From: Vitrella brassicaformis CCMP3155
Taxonomy: Eukaryota > Protista > Chromerida
DNA length: 64,000 bases
Direction of reading: 5' to 3'
Assembly (NCBI GenBank): GCA_001179505.1
Contig: CDMY01000144.1
Span: forward strand, 117,451-181,450
Positions 46,201 to 56,569 of the stretch are shown one piece after another. A program made the position numbers and the translations under genes. A model generated the notes under the pieces. It made no database searches and was not told the DNA's origin. It saw nothing but the letters and a program-made list of their open reading frames with translations. Position 1 is the first letter of the stretch; the number at the start of each line of letters is the position of its first letter.

Positions 46201-46352
46201 TACAGTCCCACTTCGCACGGATGCTTGGCAGGACGGGTGTGCCGACGAGTGGGTCGGACGGTGCCTGTGTTGCATGCTGCCCTGCTGTGCAGAGGAGGAT
46301 CTTGGATGTGGTGGAGGGTTTGGTGGGGAGTGAGGGACATCGGCTGTTGTAG
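40233..46352 (+). CDS. DEAH/RHA RNA helicase of DHX57/DHX29/DHX36 group (dsRBD-like, UBA-like, RWD-like N-terminus)
   Basis: [13 protein letters not shown]; [15 protein letters not shown]; [12 protein letters not shown]; [16 protein letters not shown]; LDEVHERS; MSASL; [21 protein letters not shown]; QRAGRAGRV; HA2 [21 protein letters not shown]; OB-fold VFIHPSSVN. Confidence 0.92.
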
Positions 46353-46442
46353 GCAGGCAGAGATGTGTCATGGGAGACGAGCAAGGTTGCCGTCCAGTGC
46401 AAATGCATAAATGAAATCGCATCAATTGGTCGCCTGGGGCTC

Positions 46443-46483
46443 AGGGTTTAGGGTATAGGGTATAGGGTGTAGGGTACAAACCC
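46443..46483. repeat. Interstitial degenerate telomere-like heptamer array
   Basis: AGGGTTT AGGGTAT AGGGTAT AGGGTGT AGGGTAC followed by AAACCC, in the 178-bp gap between the helicase stop and the trigger-factor ATG. Confidence 0.75.
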
Positions 46484-46530
46484 GACGACACCGAGATCTC
46501 GTCCCAGACGCCAAGCCGCATAGGAATCTG

Positions 46531-49235
46531 ATGTGGTTCGTTTCCGTCACCGTCGTACTGTCTGTCGAGGCGCTGTCCATCAGCGCTTTCCGACATGCCG
46601 TCCGCAGCCATGTAGGACCACACTGGTGCACTCACGAGGCCAGATCTCCCCTAACACATTCATCCCATGACTTGCTTCGTCCTCTGTGATGTCCGTGTTG
46701 GTGCTCAGGGAAGCTCAGCGTTTCTGCAGACGGCTTTGCCCACTGCTCGCTCCCATGGTGTGCGCCGCAGATTCATGAGTCCATCTGCAAGGCATCAGCG
46801 GTCGGTGATGCAGTCGATGGTCACACCCGTGGCTGAGGCAGAGGGGTTCGGGAGCAGCCCGACGACTCAGAAGAAAGACGTATGCGTCTCAGAGGGGCGG
46901 GGAAGGGCCGTACTCGGTGTCGTGAGTGGGTCACATGCCGGTCGGTTCGGTGTGTGTGGTGTTTGTTGACCGATCAGGAGACGTACATCGCTGACATTCA
47001 GCTGACGGAGGAGAGCGACAGGGTCATCATCGCATCGGTCATACTCAACGGCGACTACACTAAAAGGGTCAGTCGGTACATATGGATGGATGGCGGAAAC
47101 ACAAACAAGACTGGCTGGGTAGATCTGATTTATGCACAGGGCAGGCCGCATTCCTCCTCTGTGGGTGTGTGGGTGTGTGGTGTCCGTCAGTTGTGGGAGG
47201 ACGTGTTGACTGACTTGAAGCGTCAGGCGCCCGAAACCTGGATAAACTCATTCGGCCGAAGAGCGCTCACCAATGAGTTCCTGCTGCAGACTGTCGGCGA
47301 GGTCAGCGCGCTGCACGGCGTCCCAACCACTACACACTCACATCCCCATGTCACCTGTCTCTTCTGTTGTCCAGGACGAGCTGCGTGGCTTGTGTCTGGG
47401 TGTGCTTGAGGGCCGCGTGGCCCAGCAGGTGCAGGCCGAGAAGGGTGTCACGCTGGCCGGCATCCCTCGACTCATCGGAGACCCCATGGCCGCCAAACGG
47501 GCTTTCAAGCCAGGCCAGCCCTTTGCTTGCGACGTGAGCAATCGGGCCAGCCGAACACGCACACCTCAACAAACGTTTCGTTTTGGTGTTGCGCTGTTGT
47601 CACCTTCCTTCTCTCAGCTGGAGCTATCTCGCGCGCCACGTCCAGCGTGGACGACCGCAGCGGCGTACCGAGGTCTGAGGATTGACATCGAGCGGCCGCC
47701 TTTCGACAGGCAGGCCAAGTCTGAGCAGGTGACGCAGCTGCTGCGTGAGAACTTCGCCGAGAAGAGGCGGCTGCCGGTCGACGGCAAGCGGGCCGCCAGG
47801 AAGGGCGACATGGTGGTGGTGTCGATCGAGGGATATGTGCTGCCCCCGGACACTCTGACGTCACGGACACTTGCAGAGCCGCTGCCACGGGAGATGGGCA
47901 TCGATGGCCAGGTCAGTCAGTGTGACTATAGGCCAGGCCACATGTGCCACCTGTGCCCAGATCGTTGTTTGTTTTGGATGTGTGTGTTCTCTTCTCTCTC
48001 CTTCATCAGCGTATGGAGGTGGTGCTGCAGGCGGGTCGCTACGCGGCAGGTCTGGTGGAGGGCATCATCGGCATCTACGAGGGCGAGAGCAAGGAGGTCG
48101 AGCTCAAGTTCACTCACCGAGAGGCGGACTCATTCGAAATGGCACGGATGATCGACAAAGTCGCCATACTCAACGTCACCTGCCACGAGGTACGTCGGGA
48201 GCAGACACACACACACACACACACACACAGAGGCAACCAGGCGGCACACGGCAAGTGTGCTGGCCGTGCCGTCTGGTCAGATTTACGAGGTGCTTTTGCC
48301 CCCTCTGGATGAGAATTTCGCCAAGCGGCTGGGCCTACCTGGTCTGAGGCAGCTGGTGGAACAGGTGCAGATGGCTGCGGCCAGGGAGTACGAGCACACG
48401 ATGCTCGCAAAGAGGAACGCTCTCCTGGTGAGTTTGATGAAATGAAGGAATGGACGGATGGGTGGACGGATGGTGCAAACGAACGAGTCTTGGTTGTCAG
48501 GGCGAGGCATTGCTCAAGGCATCAGACTTCGAGCTGCCAACCGCGCTGGTGGATCAAGAGGTCCGTCCCCCACACACGCACGCCCACATGGATCCACATG
48601 GATGGGTGTGCTAATCTGTGTGTGTGTGGGTGTGTGTCCGTCTCTCTCCATCCATTTGTCAGGTGCGCAAGGTGTTTGAGCAGCAGCTGCTGTCCAAGTA
48701 CCGCACGCCCCAGGAGCTGGAGCGTGCCGAGCAGGAGTTCCCCCTCTTCGACAAGGCTGAAAGGGACGACATCGCCAAGGAGCTCAAGCTCAGGTACATC
48801 CTGGCCGACGTGGTGGACAAGGAGGGAATCACCATCCCCGACGACGAGCTGGACAGGCAGTACCAGCTCTACAAACAGGTGCGTCTGTGCGTCCGTCATG
48901 CACTGAGAGAGGGGGAGGCGTGTTTGTGTCTTTTCATGTGTGTCTCTGTGTGTGTGTGTGTGTGTGAGCAGTATGCCCAGTCCCAAGAGGCCTCTCGTCC
49001 GGATGACTTCAAGACGTCCATGTCTTTGGACGACACCATGCAGAAGCAGAACCTCAAGCTCACCATGCTGCAGAACATGGCCTTTGACGCCGTCGCCAAG
49101 GTCAGCTCAATCGTCGTCACCGACGCGCCACCGCCCAAGAAACACAGCTTCTACAAACCCAACGAGGAGGAGCAGTACCAGCTGCGGAGGGCGGGGGTGG
49201 GCAACCCGTACGCATCAGCTCTGCTAAGCGGCTGA
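46531..49235 (+). CDS. tig: Trigger factor (ribosome-associated chaperone), plastid-targeted
   Basis: Leader MWFVSVTVVLSVEALSISAFRH; FKBP-like RAARKGDMVVVSIEG...GLVEGIIGIYEGESKEVELKF; LPPLDENFAKRLG; DFELPTALVDQE; ELKLRYILADVVDKEGITIPDDELD. Confidence 0.85.
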
Positions 49236-49740
49236 GCCAGTCAGTGAGGGATACAAATCCACATGGCTGGATGGATGGAGGGTTTAAGCAGTAAGAACGT
49301 TCTAAGGCAAATAAGTGCGTGGGCGTAGGAAGGTTTTCTGGTGTGGTGTTCGCTGTGTCGCATATCCGCTATGGCTACCGCCAGACGGTGTGTGGATGGT
49401 TTGCTGCGGGGTTTGAGGGGTGTTTTACATTTCTCGGTGTGACGGCACGCTGTAGATAGAGAGACAGACAGACAGGAGGTATTTACACCAGTGGTGACAG
49501 ACAGACACATTATCGCAGTCAACGACAAGGGCACAGTGTTCACCCACATGGTCGGCAAGACCCCACAGGATGAAAACACCTCTAGCGAGACGCATGCATG
49601 TCTTCGCTTCCCACATCTGTCAGCGAAACCAACCCACCAAGGTTCATTGTCAGACAATGCCTGCCACCAAGAGGACACTGGTCGCTTCGTGAGTCCACAC
49701 ATCAGCCAACACCGACCCCTCGACACTCCCCTCTCTGAGC

Positions 49741-51372
49741 TCATATGATTTTGCCGCCCTTCCTGGCGATGTCCTCCACCCCACCCACGTCGTTGATGAA
49801 CGACCGCAACTCGCTCACCAGCGACGGCGGCCACCGTCGGATCTCGCTCACCCAGTCCAGCTGAGTATACCTGACAGACGCACACACGCACACGCACACG
49901 CACACGCACACGCAGACGATCCAAACCCGCAGATGGACACAGCACTTCGTCTGTATGTCACCTCCTGCATCCTGATTCGATTCTCGTGCACGCGAATTGC
50001 CACTCCTTGAGGGCTCCCGGCAGGTCGTTTTCGCTGTATGCGTGTGCCGCCAGCGCGACATGCATGTCGGTGTAGGCAGGCTGCCGCCGCACGATCTGAC
50101 GCATCACCTTTACGGCATCATCTCGTCTGCCCGTCTCGTAGAGAGCCAGGGCGAAGTTGGCCCTCGCATCCGTCGCGCGAGCATCGTCTCGCCTGTGCGA
50201 CACCAACCACAGACACACCAGGTCAGCTGTCGTTGCCATGAGTGTGGCTGCTGCTTACAGCGAGAGAAAGAGGTCGTCCGCCGCCTTGTAGTCGACGAGG
50301 GCATCGTCATAGTTGCCAAGCCGTGAGAGGGCGTTGGCTCGGAAGACTAGAACAAACGGGTTGATGCCCTCCCCCCTGCCGCCGCCCCATAACGAGATGG
50401 CTTTGCTGTAGTCCTTGACGGCGGCATCCCAATCTGCCAGGCCCTCGTACGTCAGACCCCTCTGCACAAAGGCGTCTGGGTACTCCTGCACACACATGCC
50501 ATAGTAAGGCAATTTGATGGCATGGCCATTCTCTGTGTGTGTTGGCATGTATATGCCGACCTGGTACCGCGCGATGCCCTGGTCGTTCTCGCCATCGGTT
50601 TTCATGAGGTCGATGGCCCTGTTGTAGTCCTCCAGCCCCTCGGCGAACCGCTTGCTGTCCACACGCACGTTCCCCCGCACCTTGTACAGCGTCGCCAGCT
50701 CGTCGCGGCCCCCCTTGCGGCCTCCACGGTACAGACTCTCCCACTTGTCGATGGCGCGCGAAAAGAACCGATCCGCCCTGTCGAAGTCCTGTGCAGACGT
50801 GATAGGCTGTCTGTGTGGTGGATGCGCAAGTGTGGCGTTGATGAAGGCGTACGTACCTACCTTTGCGTCAAAGTACTTGAAGGCTTCTTGTACCGTCTGG
50901 ATGTCTTTCGAAGAGGGCTCAAGCGACGATGCGGACCCTGGACAGACAGATCAGTAACATAACCCGCCAGTGAAGCTTACTACAGACAAACAAACGCACA
51001 TACCTGCCTCTGCAGTGTCCTCTGCTGCTGCATCTGCGGTACGCTGCAACACAGTCACAAAGAGCAGGCAGGCACTGTCGTTGCGTTGGTTGCGTGGTCA
51101 TCTGTCTGTGTGCGCATTCGGTTCGCTGCCGGTACCTCTGCAAGTGGGAAGGCAAGCAGCAGGGCGCCTGCAAATGATGTAAGGCGCTCTCGACGCTTTG
51201 CAGGCCTCTCCAGCAGCGCGGGATCTAGCGCGGCACGGCTGTGCAGCCCTGAAAGAGAGTCCCGATGCCGCTGCTCTGATGTGGTCCGTCTTGGTGACAA
51301 AGGAAGATTTGAGGGGAGATGGAAGCCAGCCACTGCTGTGGCAGACAGAAGAGCAGACAGTGCACTCATCAT
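49741..51372 (-). CDS. TPR-repeat protein, probably plastid-targeted
   Basis: Leader MMSALSALLSATAVAGFHLP; TPRs LYKVRGNVRVDSKRFAEGLEDYNRAIDL, AFVQRGLTYEGLADWDAAVKDYSKAISL, VLVFRANALSRLGNYDDALVDYKAA; C-terminal YTQLDWVSEIRRWPPSLVSELRSFI. Confidence 0.8.
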
Positions 51373-51519
51373 CTTCGACCCATGGGTAGTTGCGAGCTTA
51401 GCTCCGACAGCTGCCACTTGCCATTGCGGAGGCCACCGAAGGTGGCCGGAGCGCCGACGGTGGGTCAGTCAAATGGCCTAGAATTAGAAATGGCCTGCTC
51501 GTGCCGCATCTGGAAGATC

Positions 51520-52870
51520 ATGGATCCATCTTCAGTGCTGCTTCCCCTCTGGGCGTACTTTCTCTGCGCCCTGACTTGTGCTGACGCCGCCGGGTTCATC
51601 CACTCATCGCCATTGCGGCTGCGGCAGCTCACCAGGGCCAATGCGGTATCGACAGCCACCGGGAGGAGCGAGGCGGCGATTGGGTGGGGCAACCCGGATG
51701 GAGTGACGCTGCGGGAGGTGACGGACAACGTGTGGGAGGCCAACCGGCCATTTCTGTGGAACACCATCGACGTGGGATCTCGCATGGTGCTCATCCGGCT
51801 CAAAGGTGCGTCCTCGCCTCAAGAGCAGAGGACACACACTGCATTGGTGTCTGTCGTGCGTGTGTGGGTGTGCGTGGCAGATGGCAGCCTCTGGGCGCAT
51901 TCCCCCGTCAACCTGGGTAAGGTAGTACAAGCGTAGGCCGCAACGCGCCCATAGTGCGAACTGACTGACTCGCCCGTCTATTGTGCTGCATCTGTCAGAC
52001 ATCCCCACCAGGGCGGAGGTGGACGCACTCGGTCCGGTCAAGCACATCGTGTCACCCAATTTCGAGCACCTCAAGTATGGCCCTCTGTGGGGCCAGGCGT
52101 ACCCCGATGCAGTGACGTATGGGTGCCCCGGGTTGATGGCCCGCGAGCCGTGGTGTATGCAGGAAGTGGCCAACGATCCACCTGACAGGTGCGGTGCGTG
52201 AGGAGGCGAGCCGGCATCGTCATTCATTGTGTGTATGGTATGGTGTGTGCAGCTGGCTGGATGAGTTTGAGTGTTGCTTCATCGACTGTGAGCAAAATCC
52301 TTTCACTAGGAAATCCTTCTTCAACGAGGTTGGTGTGGGGATTGCAATGATGTGCACCATGCGTGTCAGCCACACGAGTGCGTATCTCTCTGTCTGCAGG
52401 TGGTGTTTTTCCACAAGCCGAGCAAGACCCTTATCACATCAGAGTACGTGAGCAACGCCGCCACAGCACCCAATCAATCACATATCATCCACTGCTGTGT
52501 CCGTGTGTGTGTGTGTGTGTGCGTGTGTGTCGTTGACGGCAGCTTCTACTGGAATTATCCCTCCACAAGTCCCTCTCGCCCCATCCCCCAATCCACCAGG
52601 CTATGGAAATTCGGAATGGACAGGGTGAGTCGACAGTCTGAGCCACTCTCTCCCACTGCATATGTGTGTCGTGTTTGCGTGTCGTGTTTGCAGGTGTACT
52701 TGCCCTTCTACAAGAGGCTGATGATAACCGACAAGGGCCGGTTCAACGAGCTGGTTGAGCGCGTGTTGGGTTGGCGGGCGGAGCGGATCATCCCCTGCCA
52801 CGGCAGCATTGTGGAGGGGCGGGATGCGTGTGAGGCAGAGATCAGGAGGCAGACTGGACTGACTGACTGA
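51520..52870 (+). CDS. DUF4336-family (metallo-beta-lactamase-like) protein, probably plastid-targeted
   Basis: Leader MDPSSVLLPLWAYFLCALTCADAAGFIH; VGSRMVLIRLKDGSLWAHSPV; LGPVKHIVSPNFEH; FFNEVVFFHKPSKTLI; RIIPCHG. Confidence 0.8.
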
Positions 52871-53382
52871 TGGATGAATGACCCGATGTGGTCATGCACG
52901 TCAAGATCTCTGGGTGGGTGTACGCCTCTTCAACGAATTGACAGCGCGCATGCAGTGGAAAGTCAAACGTGGTGGGTACTTCAAGGGTCCAAATGAGCAA
53001 AAATGCTGTGGGGGGAGGGGTGGGTGGAAAGAGAGCCACACAACAGGGTGGGTGAAGGCACACACAACACGCACACACACACACACACACACAGGCGTGC
53101 TTACCCAAACGCAACATGCACACGCCACGCTGTGTGATTAGAAAATAGGCGGCCATGTCAGTCAGAAAACCCCCAAATCAATCCACCCCACTGCGTCTGT
53201 CTGTCTGTCTGTCTGTCTGTGTACACTAGAAAAGCCCGCCGGGTCTGGATGCTATGTGTCTTGCTAAGTTGGAGAGGGTAGGTGTTGTTGGGTGAGCACA
53301 GGGAGGGCATTAGTTGAGAGGGAGTGGCGTGGCGTGGTTTTGGGAGTTGGGCATTGGGCGGTAGGGTGGGCGGGCTGGTTAG

Positions 53383-55788
53383 TTACTTCTTGCCCTTGCC
53401 CTTGCCCTTGCCCTTGCCTGCAATACATCCACCAAGGAGACATCACGCACAGAGAAGGAGAGAGGCAGATGCGCTTGTGGTGTTTGCATGGCTGGTCTCT
53501 GTCTTTTGTGCCCTCACCCTTTTTGCCCTTGCCCTTCTTGCCCTTGCCCTTCTTGCCTGAATGCAGCACATAATGCCACACAAAGAACAGACATCCATCC
53601 ATCAACTCAGGCAGTATCACCATCCTCCTGTACTGGTCGACAGACTTACCCTTGCCCTTCTTGCCCTTCTTGCCCTTTCCTTTGCCCTTGCCCTTCTTCT
53701 TCTTGCCCTTGCCCTTGCCCTTGCCCTTGCCCTTGCGGCGCTTGCCTGCAGTCACAACCATGCAGCACACCAGACACCCATCCACACACACATCCGAGTA
53801 CGTAAAGCGTGCGCAAAGTCGGGTGCTGGCGTACCTTTTCCTTTGCCCTTGCCCTTCTTGCCCTTCTTCTTCTTCTTGCGGGCGCCGAGCACCTTGGAGA
53901 CTGCCTTGAAGGCGGGCTTGGGCTTGAACTTGGCGTCGTACAGGAACGGATGGTCAGCTGATGGATGGATGGATGGATGGACACACACACCGACACACAT
54001 ACACATATACAAAGACACATTCCGTTGCCCCCAGCCACCCAGGCATCCACCGACCAGGTCGCCAGGTCCACTTGTCGGAGACTCCCCAGGTGATGTAGCC
54101 GGAGCAGTTGGGGGCCTTGAGGCACACGCGAAGCAGTCCAGCGTAGATTTTGGCCTGCACACACACACACACACACACACATATACCGGTGTGGATTAGG
54201 GGATTGTTGGTGTGTGTTTCGCGAACTGACGGACCTGTATTTTGGCCTTTTTGGGAGTCCACTTCGTGCACTTCTTCCATCTACCGCCGACGGCCCGGCC
54301 GCACATGACGTCCACCTCCGTCAACTGGACCTGCATTGCGCCCCACCATGAGAACCCCACAGAAATGCACCCACCAGTCAAGCATGTCTCACCCCCAAGC
54401 CCTCCACCCCACCCCACCCACCCCACCCCACCCACCTCGACGCCCATCTTGCCGAGTCGTTTGAAGTTGGCCGCTACACCCTGCCACACGCAGACACACA
54501 TAGATATCCGAAGGCATGGTTTGGTACGGTATTCATCCACTCACTCGGTAGTCATTGAAGTCCAACGAGAAGTGGCTGACACAAAGAAGGACACCGAGAG
54601 AAAAGGCAGCACCACACATCCATCCATGGCGGGCGTGTCATGTCTCTTCTCCCTGTGTGTGCATGAGTGTGTGTGTGATGGCGAGAGGGGGTGCGCCTTC
54701 TTTCCTCCTCAATCACCTCTGGAACCCAACGCCGTCAATGGGCGCACCACTGACACAACCACAACCACAACCAAACATTCCCGCCCCTCCACACAAACCC
54801 ACACACCCGGTTTTGGACTCACCGAGCTCTGCCCTTTTTGCAGATTTCGGCAATGGCGTCCGCCTTGCCCTTGGACCAGCCGCGAGAGCTCTCGGCGCCG
54901 TAGTCGTTGTAGAAGAGTCGTGCGGGCTGTTTCTTCTTTTTGGCGGCTTTCTTGGCGACGCGGAACAGGACCTCGACGTGGTCGGGGAACTTCTTATACA
55001 GCTTGCTCTTGCGCCAGTTGATCTTCTTACGCGGGTTCTTCTGGATTTGCTGCAGCAAGGGGGAAACAACACACACACACACACACACACACACACGAAT
55101 GGATGGATGGATGGACGGATGGATGGACGGTGTGATGGTGTCGCGGGCCTGCTGACCTCTAGTGCCTCGTTAGCGACGTCCCATGACTGGACGCGTGGCT
55201 GTGCGTATCGCTTGATGGAGGCCTTGGTGTGCGAGATGAAAAAGGCGCGGAACTTCTTGGCGGGCAGCTTCTCCACCCATCGGGGCGTGGCGAGGTACCA
55301 GGCGATGGCGTGGAATCGGAAGAACTGGCCGTTCTTCTTGGCGAGCCGCAGCAGGTCGTCGCACCACTTCCAGTTCATCTTGCCCTTGCGGCTCCGCACC
55401 CTCATCATTTTGCACTCAGACGTTGCCTGCACACCATCCATCCATCCATCGGATCTTTGCCCCCCCCACGTCATTGGTGCCTGCCCATCTCCCCCCACCC
55501 ACGTACCACAATCATGTTGAACTGGGAGGCGAGGATCTTTTTGTATTTGCGGATGTTAGTGTATGCGCTGGCGGCCGCCCCGAAGTAGAGGCGCTTGCTG
55601 TGTGCGGCGGCGCGGAGGGAGCCGCGGGGGCCCTTCTTGACCATCTTCTTGTTGAAGAGCCGCTTGAAGTTGGACCCCCCGCGCTTTTTACCCTTCCCCT
55701 TGCCCTTCTTCTTCTTGGCATCGATGCCCTCGGGCGTCAGCACCAGGAACAGCAGGGCCAGCACCAACAAAAACCGCAGCCACGACAT
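53383..55788 (-). CDS. Secreted glycoside hydrolase family 10 (xylanase-like), extremely Lys-rich, with (GK)n tail
   Basis: Signal peptide MSWLRFLLVLALLFLVLTPEGIDA; FRFHAIAWY; acid/base WDVANE; LFYNDY; IDGVGFQSH; nucleophile VQLTEVDV; TWGVSDKWTW; PFLYDAKFKPKPAF; several short 3' exons of GGCAAG repeats. Confidence 0.9.
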
Positions 55789-56321
55789 CCTGCCTAAAAA
55801 CTCGCCTTCCGTGAGCGCCGTAAACTCAAATGCAAGCTTGGCCCTTTCCGGCGCATGTGTGAATTGGTGTTAAGTGGAGAGGAGTTAACTCCTTCATGAT
55901 TGGACTAGTCAAACCCATGACGCAAGCGAACATGTACATGTACTTAGTGTTTTCATGTCGTACAAACCATGTCTCTCGTCTCAGACACGTGTTGCAGCTG
56001 TGGAACGTGTTGCGCATGCAGGGGCGCCGGCCTCATAAACGCGCACGGGAAGACAAAGACGGGCAAAATATAAAGCACAGGCAGCGATTAAGATCAATGT
56101 GCCCCCGACAACGCCTGTGTCTCGCGTCACACTTCGTGGAGGAGACACAGGTCTTTGTTGATGTCTGCATAAGGCAAGTAGGTCATGGCGGCCTTATCGT
56201 CTGCTCGCACATGGCACAAAGTGAAATTGATCTACGTAATCGTTTCGTTCTTGCCTGGTCCTCTGGGCGAAGAGGCTCCGCCTGTGCCCTTAAGACGTAC
56301 GAGGCGAGGAGAGAGCAAACT

Positions 56322-56421
56322 GAGACACCCCAATATAAAATGTAGGCGGCGATTGAGGCCGCGTGGGCCTCCTGTGGCTGAAACACACACACACACACAG
56401 AGGGAGGGAGACACAATGCAT
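56322..56421. repeat. Direct repeat copy A (~100 bp; acceptor + start of exon PQEAHAASIAAYILYW on the minus strand)
   Basis: Nearly identical to 59478-59577 (CCAATATAAAATGTAGGCGGCGATTGAGGCCGCGTGGGCCTCCTGTGGCTGAAACACAC...GAGACACAATGCAT). Confidence 0.9.
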
Positions 56422-56569
56422 TGAAAGAATGGATCAACCCAGAGAGACCACACAGAGAGGAGGCCATGAATGAGCACAGCTGACAGCCGCTATGCCACCA
56501 CCCTCCCAACTCCCCCACTGATCGATGGGCGGATGCATTCGGTGTGTGCGTACCCCTTCCTGCTGCGTA

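Noticed and set aside
46441-46635. 64-aa minus-strand ORF ending in PYTLYPKP
   Set aside because: Antisense to the trigger-factor signal-peptide exon, and its tail is just the telomere-like repeat translated.
53383-53900. Regular GCCCTT/GGCAAG arrays that might suggest satellite DNA or CRISPR
   Set aside because: They are coding (Gly-Lys)n exons of the GH10 gene; there are no unique spacers or cas genes.
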